DNA from: Octopus vulgaris
Taxonomy: Eukaryota
NCBI GenBank assembly: GCA_951406725.2
Contig: OX597819.1
Span: 43,586,001-43,650,000, forward strand
Direction of reading: 5' to 3'
DNA: 64,000 nt
A program made the position numbers and the translations under genes. Every line of letters begins with the position of its first letter. Within the stretch, counting starts at the first letter, position 1. Below the pieces are notes generated by a model. That model saw only the letters and a list, made by a program, of their open reading frames with translations. It ran no database searches and was not told the origin of the DNA. This document shows positions 14,077 through 27,719 of the stretch, piece by piece.

Positions 14077-14612
14077 CAGGGTGTCCCAGAATTAACTATT
14101 CCTTTCAATGAAATCGGGCAAATTCTAAAAAAAAAATTAACTGAATTTTATGTTTATTACTTGATTATGATACCAAAACAAATAGATTTAGAAAGCTTAT
14201 GTTAATACTATATTGAAAATTATCAATATCTACCCTGTCTGTATCTCTACAAATTTCAAATCTCTCCTTAGTGTTGTGAAACACATCTTGAAGCATTTCA
14301 GGAGTTATCTCCTGCACTGCTTACTGAATGCGTTCTTTAAGTTCTGTTAAACTATTGTTCCATTCAGGCGATAGACGTAGAGAAAATGATTGCAGCCAGT
14401 TTATAAAATAGCTGTCGAGGACAGACAAGCAGGATCCAACAGGAATGAAAATAAAATTGTAAAAAAAAAAAAATGATAAAAATATAAAATCATAAAGGAA
14501 ATTAAAAATGTATACACTTTTAACTCATATTAAACGTGATAAACATAAATAAAAATGAGTTTTTAAAAAATTGTCCGACTCCACCGAAATAGTTAATTCT
14601 GTGGATACCCTG
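14077..14612 (-). mobile_element. Tc1/mariner-superfamily deletion derivative
   Basis: TIRs cagggtgtcccagaattaactatt and aatagttaattctgtggataccctg, with TA on the left; minus-strand relic LTELKERIQ*AVQEITPEMLQDVF resembles a transposase C-terminus. Confidence 0.8.
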
Positions 14613-15963
14613 AATACAGCAAAGGTTTCCTCTTCTAGTCTCGTGGTCTCCCGAGCCTGTCATTGAGACATAGGGCTCATTTAATTCTCAAGAAGAGTTA
14701 CCGAGTCACATGACATAATGACATGTCCACAAATCTGTGGACCCGTGTGACACATATCTAGGTGGTGCCGCGCCCCTTTGAGCCCTGTATTCCTTAGCTA
14801 CAGGCCCATCTTCTGCTCTTAGACCCATAACTGGGGGTCCTTGACATGTACTACTATCCTCGACCAGAGAGGACCTGGAAGCATCGGTGACCAGTTGGTA
14901 ACTTCAACCCCCCCCCACAAACTCACGAACTCGCCCAGCTGGAATCTCACCACCGGATGCAGCCAAATGTAATTTTCGAGACATTATTTCCTCTGTCCAC
15001 AAATATAGCACCTTTGTAACCCATAAAAAAAAAAGACAATATATTTTAGCTGGTACCCACCTTGGAACACATCCACAAGAAAACAGCAGGAACGAAGTGG
15101 GAGTGGGAAACGTTTCAAAAGAAACCAAGAGCAAAATATCCAAACTATTCTCAGCAGAATGCATGGAAATGCTAATTTTAAACTTAATGGGATTTTAATG
15201 TTCATTCTTTATTAACTAAGCTTCAAATATCACTTGAACTTCGTATCGCAAATACGAGTTAGCCAATCATCAAATTTTAATCCTCCTTTATGCGTAGAAA
15301 TTCAGACATTGCAAAGGACAAAACACTGAATTAGATTTCACATCATAATTAAGGAGTTGCATTTTCACTTATTTAAAATTTTTGAAATTACTATAATTTT
15401 TTTTTTTTTAGTTTTTAATTTCATGTTTTTTTTTTTTGAAAAATTTCTTAATTTCTAAAAAATTTTTTAGTTTTCACCTTTTCGCATCGAAACAATGATA
15501 GACTGGCGGGAATTCAAAATTGAGTGAGAACTACTGATTGAAAATTGTTCAGCTAAATCATTTTGACAATATCCGATAAATTCAAGTATGAAATAATGGA
15601 AAATAGTTCTATTAAGCAGGTGCGACAAAAACATATAAATGCAAAAAAAAAAAAAAAGAAAGAAAAAGAAAAAAAAATACTCATTCTCTACACAAAAATC
15701 CCAAAATAACACAGTGACGAAGAGAAGATTAGAAATATATAAATAACAGAATGAATAAATTTGAAAAAATAAAGAATAAAAGAAAAAAGAAGAAAAAAAT
15801 TACTAATATATAATAATAGAAAATCAGACTTAAATTTCTTCTTTGTCTAACGACGACAATTCTAATTTGGAGAATGTATCTTCTACAAGACATGGTTCTC
15901 CATTAATGACGATTCTAGATGAACCTTTTGTGATAGCAGCTCAATTCAAAATCAAACTAAATA

Positions 15964-16834
<871 letters not shown>

Positions 16835-16838
<4 letters not shown>

Positions 16839-16968
16839 CAAGCGGAAGGGAACAAACACAAAGATACGCAGACTTACACACATTTATACTATATATATAT
16901 ATATATATATGTAGTATAAATGTGTGTAAGTCTGCGTATCTTTGTGTTTGTTCCCTTCCGCTTGACAA
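16835..16968. repeat. perfect 57-bp inverted repeat centred on (TA)n
   Basis: 16835-16891 is the exact reverse complement of 16912-16968; the 20-nt spacer is an alternating TA run ending in G. Confidence 0.95.
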
Positions 16969-17465
16969 GCATGCTAATTTGCTTTCGCTCCTGTAACTTC
17001 ATGGCTTTGCAATAGAAACCGATAGAATAAGTACCATTCTTAAAAATGGAAGTACTACGGTAGATTTATTCGAATAAACCCTTCAAGACGGTGCTCGGCT
17101 ACAACCAAAATATAATGACTGTAACAAGTGAAAGAATATTTAATATATTTATTATCAAAAATATATTCAAAATAATCTGAGGCGAACGACATAAAAGATG
17201 ACATTAGCTCAATGACTATTTGAAATCATTCTAGCAATAATGAAACATAACTCCGGGTATGTTTCTGTAAATTCTGTTTGACCTCCTCGGAAATAATGCT
17301 TGGTAAAGAAAGAAATTAGATAGTCACGGCTAGAGCACATTTCAGCACAGGTCTGTTAAATCAGTGTTGACCAATGCCTAAAAATCAACAGTAACAACAC
17401 CAGTAATAGCAGCAGCATCAATACCTACAGCAAACAGAAAAAAAACTAGATGCAATCGACTTCCG

Positions 17466-18091
17466 TGAGTTTCTTATCCTAAAACGGGTAAGCGAAAAAA
17501 AAAGCCTAAATTATGATTGCTAACAGCCAAATCTATCTAAAGGTGATCCCCTTATCTTTAAAAAAGAAAGAAACATTCGATAAATGTATTCCCAGATATA
17601 TTATGCTTGAAAAACTGACAAATAGTTACAGTTAGAACACCTTTATGATAGGTCTGCTCAATTTGAATTAACGTAGATTTAAACGACACGGCCAGTTTTC
17701 AGTTTCACAGTGAGTACGGCAGTCAGTCATACCAACATATTAACCATTTTGTAGTATGTCGTTGGTGTCGTCTAAACCCAGATCAGATCTGTTCAAGATC
17801 CCTCTTCTGGTTTTTTTTTGCCCAACTATTGTGCATTTTAGACAACGTTGTCAAATGTATCTTACAAAAAACCCCAAAAAATAAAACAAACAAACAAACA
17901 AAAAAAACAACAACAAATAAAGAAAAAGCAAAGCATTGATGGTATACAATTGTCCCCAAATCGTATACCTCTGCTCTATTTAACATTATTATTAGTTAGG
18001 GCAGCGATAGAAAGTCGGGTATAAGAACGATCTTCGTGGAGTGGGTATGGAAGTATAAAGATCGACAAACAATAACAAGTAAGGAATAATA

Positions 18092-18136
<45 letters not shown>

Positions 18137-19208
18137 ATACATACATAGTAAAGCAAATAAAAGGGCTAGCAGCAGGCTGCTTCGCCTCATACCGAAGGAA
18201 TTAGAATTGTATATACATACATATATATATATAGATATATTGAAAGTTACATATAAAAACTGCATGGAGCAAACTAGTCATATCTTTCCTGCTGTTTCAG
18301 ATAATCGATGAATATTTGATGTAGTCATACATATTATACAAGGAAATCCAGAACTGAGTCAATATTATAGATACTTATAAAGGTAAAGGTAAAGTATCAA
18401 CTACCACGGATTTTGATAGCTCCGTACAGCAAAGTCACGCTATAGTTATCAAAAGAACTGCACAAAATTATCAAAATCCCTTGATACATTTACTTTGCAT
18501 TTATGTATGCTAACCATAGTGATTCAATATTTCACTCCATTGCACAATATGCATAGTTATATCAACAAGTTTTCGAATATCCGAAACAGCTGTAAAGAAA
18601 AATCTTGCTTTCGTCATGTAAACTGTATATGCAACTTTTCATATAAATACAGCCCTTATGCATGTTAAAATTTGTCTGTCTTTCTACTTAAATGTATATG
18701 TACATACATACACACACATGCATGCTTACACACACAAATACACATAGACATATTAAATATATATCAGTGTATGTCTTTAATCGTTATACTCATGAAACAG
18801 TTAATCGACAATGTTAATGTCAAACACACTAATTTTGAAATAGCGTGATCGTACATTGTATGTACTTATGTATGAATGATTTTTCTCTGAGTTTAATTTA
18901 AGTTCTTGAGAGAGTTCAAGCCGATTGGAAGTAAAGCGACTAGACATTTTAGCTAAGAGAGTTCCCGGTGTTTGTAAATATGTGGTCGAGTTTGTGTGCT
19001 GGATGAACTGTGAGTTGGTTGAACTGTCGATGCAAACACCCATAAGAATCTCAATAGTACTCACATCCATGAGTTTCTTATCCTAAAACGGGTAAGCGTA
19101 AAAAAGCCTAAATTACGATTGCTAACAGCCAAATCTATCTAAAGTTGATCCCCTTATCTTTAAAAGAGAAAGAAACATTCGATAAATGTATTCCCAGATA
19201 CATTATGC
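17466..19208. repeat. local direct duplication of about 140 bp (17466-17606 and 19070-19208)
   Basis: Near identical, about 5 differences by eye. Confidence 0.93.
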
Positions 19209-19209
19209 C

Positions 19210-19990
19210 TGTTGTTACTGTTGAGAATTTTTGGAATGTCTTACAATTCTTCTCTGTGCTACTAAAAGATTTGATTTGGAGAATCTGCGTCAGTTTCTTT
19301 TCCTCTTTCCTGTGAAACCGAGTATTTCTATTTTATTTTTTCGCAAATTTTGTTCGTACATAACTTAATGCACCTATGATGAAAGCTACAAATTAGAATT
19401 TATAATTAGAGTACAAGAGCTGTAAGTTTCACATTAATTCGCCATAAATGTTCTCTTTTTTTCCTGGACCTTTGATTCTACATTCACATCTGCTGCGTAG
19501 CTGACCTCCACAACAGTGCATGATTTTTGTTCTCTGTCACATAGAACAATACCAGGTCTGTTATGTTTGCAACGAATTGATGTTTTTATTGAGGGGTTCC
19601 ACCAGTATTCCTTGTTTTTAAAGGTGTGGATACCTGCTGGTACTGACTTGCCTTTGATGTATACGTCAGGGCAGTCCTTCCTACGGATAGCATTGTAAAT
19701 AATCTTTGTAACTGTATCATACCTCAAGGGCAGGTAGCATTTCGTAGAAATTTTGGGGAAGCTGTTGATGATATGGATGATGTCTCTCACACTGATATGG
19801 ACGATATCAGCCGACATTTTATATCACAGCTTGGAAGTTTGGTGGTATATTTGTTGTTTTTGTTTTTCATGTATTTAGTAAATATCTCCTGCTCCTGGAT
19901 AGCGAAGGCATGTTATTCGAGATGGGGTATAATGCATCTAGCACAGGTCCAGGAAAGACTAGTCTTCTTGTCACTGTTGTTGTAGCCTCC
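19210..19990 (-). mobile_element. non-LTR retrotransposon 3' fragment with restriction-like endonuclease (R4/Dong-like), pseudogenised
   Basis: ORF 19434..19817 has HIINSFPK..YLPLRYDTV (degenerate CCHC/RHD region) and KHNRPGIV...VVEVS (degenerate PD-(D/E)XK). Confidence 0.85.
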
Positions 19991-20024
19991 CACCTAAGGT
20001 ATATATACCAATGTATTGCTTACA

Positions 20025-20038
20025 TAAATACACACACA

Positions 20039-20099
<61 letters not shown>

Positions 20100-20536
20100 T
20101 TAATATAAATAACATATATGCATATATACATACATATATGTACATACTTTACATACATATGTTTTTGTTACCAGCTTTGACCCTTGCCCCCGCAAAATCC
20201 CAAAATTTTATTCAGTTTGCTTTGCGGGAGCAACTGTTTTGTCGAAAACGTATCTTGTGAATTGCTCGAAATACAGAGTAGAAAACAACGACAACTGACG
20301 AAGGGTAGTTGCTTGTCTTGTTTCCTATTTGTTTCTTTCGTTGTCGCAAAAAAGTTCGTATTCCATGTTTTCGTATTTCGTATTTCATTATTGTTTACAT
20401 TCTGTGACTTCCTGTGCTCATATATGCTTATGTATATACGTATGTATGCACGCATATGTACGTATATATGCATATATATATATTATTTATATCATTATAT
20501 AATTGAACGCCACGCATCCATCTATCTATCTATCTT

Positions 20537-20605
<69 letters not shown>

Positions 20606-20615
20606 GCATATATAT

Positions 20616-20646
<31 letters not shown>

Positions 20647-20718
20647 CATACGTACATGGGTACATATGTATGTGTGCATGTATGCATATACATATATATG
20701 CATACAAGATGTATGTAC

Positions 20719-20772
<54 letters not shown>

Positions 20773-20876
20773 ATATGAATGTATAGAGGATTGCATTCTA
20801 TATATATTTTCCATCATTGTCATGTTCATCATCATCATCATCATTATCATCATCATCAGCATCATCACCACCATCA

Positions 20877-20929
<53 letters not shown>

Positions 20930-21275
20930 GATTATTATTATTATTATCATCATTATTATCAGTTGATATTAGTAGAACTAAAGAATTAGGGTAATCTTAC
21001 ATTGAAAGCGACCATACTATATTTTTCGAGAAGAATTCCAGATTATTCCAATATTCTTTCATTCCAGTGTATAATATTCTATTTATTAAAGCTGCCATTA
21101 TGGTAGCATTGATATCAAAGCCATTATGGGAGGCTTTCATACAGATGGACACTTGTAAGTATATCATACAATACCTTCCTTGCACTCCAACTTCTCATTG
21201 CTTGTCTTTCTCCTTGAATGTCTCTACTTTTTTCATTACCTCCTGTTCGACGCACACACACACGTATACACACAG

Positions 21276-21320
<45 letters not shown>

Positions 21321-21640
21321 CACACACACATGCATAAACGTATGCAATTTTACGTTACGCACAAAAACATAATGGCAAGTTTACACTTTTCCAACGCACA
21401 CACACACACACACACACTCTCTCATTTTCTCCCTCCCTCCCTCTCTCCCTCCTTCCCTCCCCCTTCCCCCCCTCTCTCTCTCTCTTTCATACACACACAC
21501 ATATGCATATTAAATACGTAAGTACAGACAAGTAGGATAAAACAGCTCATTAATATATGTATCTGCATATACATACATGTATATACACACACATGTATAT
21601 ATATATATATACACACATATATGTACATACATGTACATAC

Positions 21641-21716
<76 letters not shown>

Positions 21717-22223
21717 GTATGTATCTGTACATAGACGTACGCATTCTCGCACACACACACACATATATATGGCATATTTATACGCATACACGCATGCACA
21801 CATATGCACGCATACACGCATATACACACTCATGTATCTACATAAAATGTGGTATGTCTGCTTCTTCGTCTGTGTATGAGCGCGCATATGTGTAAGCGTG
21901 TCACTACGTGTGTGTGTGTTTGTGTGTGTTTGTGTGTGTGTGTGTGTGTCTGTGTGTGTGTGTGTGTTCATGTATTATGCAGAATTCTTACTTCCACATT
22001 CATACACATTCATACATGCATAAAAAACATGTTTACCGATAGAGATACAATTATAAATATGCATATGTATACGTATATATGCATATAAAGACGCGTAGAA
22101 TCTTGCCATTTTAGAGGCTCTTGAAATGGAAATATTCCGATATATATTATCGGAATGTAAATCCATGTGTAAATGCGTACCTTTATGCAAGTGGAATATA
22201 TTCAATGCATATTTTTGTATTAT

Positions 22224-22310
<87 letters not shown>

Positions 22311-22486
22311 GCACAAACACGCACGCACACACTCCCTCTCTCTCTCTCTCTCACATTTATTGATACATATACACACACACACACATATACATATTCATAC
22401 ATATTTATAAGCATACAAAGGTATATATATATATATACGTATATATATATGTATATGTGTATGTATATATATATATGATATATATA

Positions 22487-22523
<37 letters not shown>

Positions 22524-22608
22524 TATATGCATATATATGAGTGTATATATGTGTGTGTGAGTGTGTATGTGTGTGTTGTGTGTGAGTGTATGTATATACA
22601 TATCTCTT

Positions 22609-22672
<64 letters not shown>

Positions 22673-23732
22673 TATATATTTAGTTCTATATATAGGTGTA
22701 GATGTATGTGCATGTTTATTTGTATACGTATGTATATGCTCAAACAAGCGTAGATCTGTGTTGGAAGATATATATAGACACACATGAGCATGTATGTGAG
22801 TGTGTATATATATACATATAGATAGATAAACAGATAGAAGCATACATCTGTACTCAGACTTATGTATTGTCCATATATTTAAATTTACTTGTATGTACGC
22901 ATACATATATTCATGCAGATATACCTATATATGCACGTATATACACATGCACACACAAATATTCATACACTGCCTTCTCTTATTTTCCATCCGATAAATC
23001 TAACACCGTTTCAGTGTTTTTTTTCTTCCCTATCCTTATTCTCATTCCATTCGCCAAACACTTCGCTTTCAACTTCAGACTGTTGGTTAGTTTCAGACAG
23101 TAAACTGTTGCATGGCCATTCAAAGTATGCTCCAACACTCTTACAGCGATTATTCATTGACCTAAGCGGTCCTACCATTAGACAATAGGAGTAAAAGAAT
23201 AGAAATAAAATAACATAACAAAAAGTATAAAAACAAGGAAAATAATCCATGAATGGAAATAGCTACAAATATTCATCGACACCTATGCGGCCGAATCGTT
23301 TAACAATACATAAAAGCTCTGAACCTAAACCGCAACAAAGTGTCGGCCATACTTTTTCCTTTTATATCTGCCACTATTGTTGTCCTTAATACTGTTAATA
23401 TTGAACGAGCGACGATGGTATTGCGGGGAATGATGGCTGAACACAGTACTGCGTCGCACCAAATGCCTTCTGATACATACCAGCATACATACATACGTAC
23501 ATACATACATACATACATGCATACATACATACATACATACATGCATGCATACATACATACATACATACATACATGCATGCATGCATGCATACATACATGC
23601 ATGTATGCATGCATACATAGATACATATATGAATGCATGCATATCCTATCTATCAGTCTGTCTGTCTGTCAGTCTGTCTGTCTGTCAGTCTGTCTGCCAG
23701 ACGATCTATCTGTCTATCTGTCTTTCAGCCTG

Positions 23733-23764
<32 letters not shown>

Positions 23765-23868
23765 TGTACACTCACACACACACATATATATATACATACA
23801 TGTTTATACATGTATGTATATGTGTATATATATATTTATACATAATTGTATGTATGTATGCATGTATG

Positions 23869-23920
<52 letters not shown>

Positions 23921-23960
23921 TTTCCACACACACACACACACACACACTCACGCACACATG
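20025..23960. repeat. microsatellite-dense region ((CA)n, (TA)n, (TCTA)n, (TTA)n, (TACA)n) with short unique islands
   Basis: Direct reading; includes an unclassified interspersed repeat at about 20160-20430. Confidence 0.85.
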
Positions 23961-24079
23961 TGGGCGGTCAGTGAGGAGAGTCGTTGGAGCATCGGACAGA
24001 ATGCTTTACCGTATTTATTCCGGCTCTTTGCACTCTGAGTTCAAATACCACTAAGTCTGCTTGGGTGGTAGCCATAATC

Positions 24080-24976
24080 CATCATCCAACTTAACATCAC
24101 CACCTGATTACTTGGGTGGCTTTAGTGACAGAGTGTGTACTGTTGCAAGGAAAGCATTGAGACCAATTTTCCGGTTTTAGGACTAATTCATCCCTCCCTA
24201 TTACATGTTTCGGATGCCCTTTTGACGGTTATGAGTATTGTCTTTCCGCCTACTCTACCTCCAGTATTCGAGTACGTATCTTTTCGGTTTGACCGGCAGT
24301 TTTTAAAAATAATTTCCACGTAACTAAACACATTTAAACTTCGTATACTGGTAGAATGTGTTTATAAAACATCTTTATCTCTTGGCTCTATTGAGAAAAT
24401 TCTATAGTTTGTAAGATATTTGTTGTTGATTTTTCTTCAATTTCTGCAATTTCAACCAATCAATTACGTCTATTGAGGTGAAAACATTCTGTGCCGTATG
24501 AATATGTCCTTCGTTTAAGAAACAGATTGGGTTTATTTACATTTCTGAAGAAAAGACGATACCCTTCCCCCCACCCCTAACCGTAACCCAAACTAACCCT
24601 AACTCTAACCCTAACCCCAAAACAGATAGAAATGCAATAGATCGATACTAGGGTCATAATTATGGGTGACAATTTCATATGACACCGCTAGAAAAAACTG
24701 CCGTTCAAACCGAAAAGATCCTCGAGTACTATTTTTTCCCGCCTTGTTTCACATTTATGCGCTTACTCTGGTGTAACCGGCCCCTTTTTTAAGAAAGCTT
24801 AAGCGACTCTCCACATGCAGAGTGAAGATGAACAGGAACTTGAAACTCTGAGTAGCAGTTTTTTGTGATATTTTTGTGATGTTTTCGCAGCTTTAGTAAT
24901 AAAGCATATTACTCTACCTCCGGTATTCGAGTACTATTTTTCCCACCTAATTTCATATTTATGCGCTTACTCTGGT
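24080..24976 (+). mobile_element. probable Penelope-like terminal-repeat remnant with partial tandem repeat, interrupted by a MITE
   Basis: 24251-24275 plus about 24730-24773 is repeated at 24910-24976; degenerate hammerhead-like gtgaagatg...tgaaactctgagt at 24822-24853; aataaa at about 24898. Confidence 0.5.
24276..24721. mobile_element. non-autonomous DNA transposon with 8-bp TSD (Merlin-like by GG terminus; class inferred) carrying (CCCTAA)-like repeats
   Basis: TIR g(g/t)atcttttcggtttga(a/c)cggcagttttt at both ends; TSD tcgagtac at 24268-24275 and 24722-24729; single-copy empty site at 24927-24934. Confidence 0.88.
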
Positions 24977-25404
24977 ATATATGCATGTGTGTATATGTAT
25001 GTATGTATGTATGTATGTGTGTATATATGTATGTATGTATGTATGTGTGTATGTATGTATGTATGTATGTATGTATGTGTGTGTGTATGTATGTATGTAT
25101 GTATGTATGTATGTATTTTGTATGTATGTATGTATGTACGTATGTATGTATGTATGTATGTATGTATATATGTACGTATGTATGTATGTGTGTATGTATG
25201 TATGTATGTATGTACGTACGTACGTACGTACGTATGTATGTATGTATGTATGTATGTATGTATGCATGTATGTATGTATATATGTACGTATGTATGTATG
25301 TGTGTATGCATGTCTGTATGTATGTATGTATGCATGTATGTATGTGTGCATGTATGTATGTATGTATGTATGTATGTATGTATGTATGCATGTACGTACG
25401 TATG

Positions 25405-25469
<65 letters not shown>

Positions 25470-25471
25470 AT
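24977..25471. repeat. (TATG)n and (TA)n tract
   Basis: Direct reading. Confidence 0.95.
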
Positions 25472-25840
25472 AAAATCTTTTCTACAATAGACATCGATCC
25501 CAGTGCTCAACTTGTGTTTATTTTGTGATAAAGACTCTATCATTACCCCGCCTTATAAATAATACAATATTATGTAAATATATGCGCGTGCGTGTGAGTG
25601 TGTGAATGTGTGAGTGTGTGCGAGTGTGCGCATGTATGACCTGCTTGCCTAACCAGCAGGGTGGCATTATTCGAAAGCTAAAATGATGCAAAGCACATTG
25701 TGACCAGCGACGTATAACGACATCCAATAATCTGGTCAATCACGTGATATATACATGAACAAAGAGAAAACACAACAACGCGAGGTAGTGGAACAAGTAT
25801 AGTGTTATTGGACGCTCAGGAAAGGAAAGAAAGAAAGAGG

Positions 25841-25875
25841 ATTTAACGTTTCGAGCGGAGCTCTTCGTCAGAAAC
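25841..25875 (-). ncRNA. minimal type I hammerhead ribozyme motif within a small interspersed repeat (about 25760-25950)
   Basis: Minus strand GUUU-CUGACGA-A-GAGC-UCC-GCUC-GAAACGUU-AAAU: intact core, 4-bp helix II, palindromic helix III and short helix I. Confidence 0.7.
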
Positions 25876-25948
25876 ATAGAAAAAGGAAAGGTCCAAGGAA
25901 TGGAAGACGGAGAAAGAAAATTGCCAACGAAACACACGCGGTCACATT

Positions 25949-25998
<50 letters not shown>

Positions 25999-27719
25999 AG
26001 ACACACACACACATACACACATACACACACACACAAGTTAAAAACATATAATGAATGCACAAACTAACGGAAAACAGACATAGAAAGTCAACAAATCTTC
26101 CTCTGTTAACGACCAGACAGTAAAACGCCATTTCGCGCCTTGAAGGATAATATTGACCACCCTCTGGTGTCGCCGACAGTTAGAGACCATCAAGAGAGGG
26201 CGAGCCAACGAATAATGGACCAAACATGACAGAAAATGCACAAGCAAACAAGAAATAAACAAGTGTGCAATACAGAAAGTGAACATACAAATATGAAATG
26301 CATGTAATTCAAGACGAGGTGATTAGTGAACGGACAGGGACAAAGATGAAAACAAACAAAACTAAATGTGGGCATACGAACAATCTGAAATGAATATGGG
26401 ATATACGGCCTTAGGGCCAGACAGGAGACAAAAGGCAGTATTCCATTTATTCATTTCAGTTTGTTCTTAGGTGTACGTTCAGTGAAATAAGAAAGGGATG
26501 TTAACTGTGTTCTTCTACTTTTTTTTGCTTGATTCTCTTTCTGGGTAAACTACGGAAAAGAACCATTATGTACGGATAACATCATAAATTCTCGTATCGA
26601 CATCATTTTCAGTTGCAGCAACAGTATTTCAATAGAAGTAAGAGTAATACCTAGAAAAGTGCTAACATACATAATGTGGACAGCATGATAACTTTAATTA
26701 ATCGAGGCTATACCTTTATCAAAGAATATAATATTGTTAAGTAATGACCAAATTAATTCAAACAATGGCAACGACGATGACTCAATATTGAAATCAAGAA
26801 AGGAGTAAAAGGCTTTGATGCACGAAAATCACTATTAGCTAGAATTCGAAATGAGGCATTGCGATGAGAGTAATGCGGCTTTCTTTCGGAGATGTGGTGA
26901 AGAAAAATTGACACACACAGGGGAAATGGTTTAGCAATATATAGCAGCTAAAAAGGAGACATAAAGACATCGTGAAGAAATCTCATTTTGTTGAAATCTA
27001 ACAAAGAAATTATCGAGAAATGACACAAGGAAAATACTTACCCTCTACAGAAAATAGTAATACAAAGGCTGACAGTGGGTTAGAAAAGATCAATCTCATT
27101 TTAACCTCTAAGAAGGCAACGTGAATGCGAGACTGAGTCAATACCATTTTCCAGTTTCTGAATCCCAGTCTTTGTTGGCAGAATGTTCACGTCACACGTA
27201 AGTCAGCCTTCAAGTTGACAAGAGCAAATATCGTCGGCTTGAAGGGACAGGCATTATATGAAAGACGTCAGTTGATAGAGGTCCAGGTCAGTAAGTACCA
27301 TGTCAAAATCAATTTAAATGTATTGCAGGTACTTAAAAAGTAACAAAATATTGATGAGGGAAATCCGGATCATATGTACGGAAAGAAACAATCTTTCCTT
27401 GACGCGTAGACGTACTTTGTATAACATTAGACGGATTACACAAGAATGAATGTCGATGTGAAATAATAGACTCCCACTGCATTCTATTGAATTTCGTGCA
27501 AAATATACTGGGAATAATGCCACACCATTCATATATGAACCAAATTCATATTTGCTGTTTGTTTCATTAAAGATGGTGTTCTTTGCCTCTAAGTAAAAGT
27601 CTAAGTATATTATCATGTGCTACAATTCCTGTAGAGGGTATTTCTAAATGATAATGCCGCTACATAAGTCAACTTTGCTGCTTATCTTCCATGAATTAGA
27701 GAGAGTCTATATTAGTTGT

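Noticed and set aside
24575-24617. Telomere or chromosome-fusion relic
   Set aside because: Short, degenerate and internal to a TIR element.
20184-25543. Many YI/HT/CV/MYVC-repeat ORFs
   Set aside because: Di- and tetranucleotide microsatellites that lack stop codons.
26700-27690. Unique-looking region with ORF 27314..27616
   Set aside because: No recognisable motif and frequent stops; likely an old unclassified repeat.
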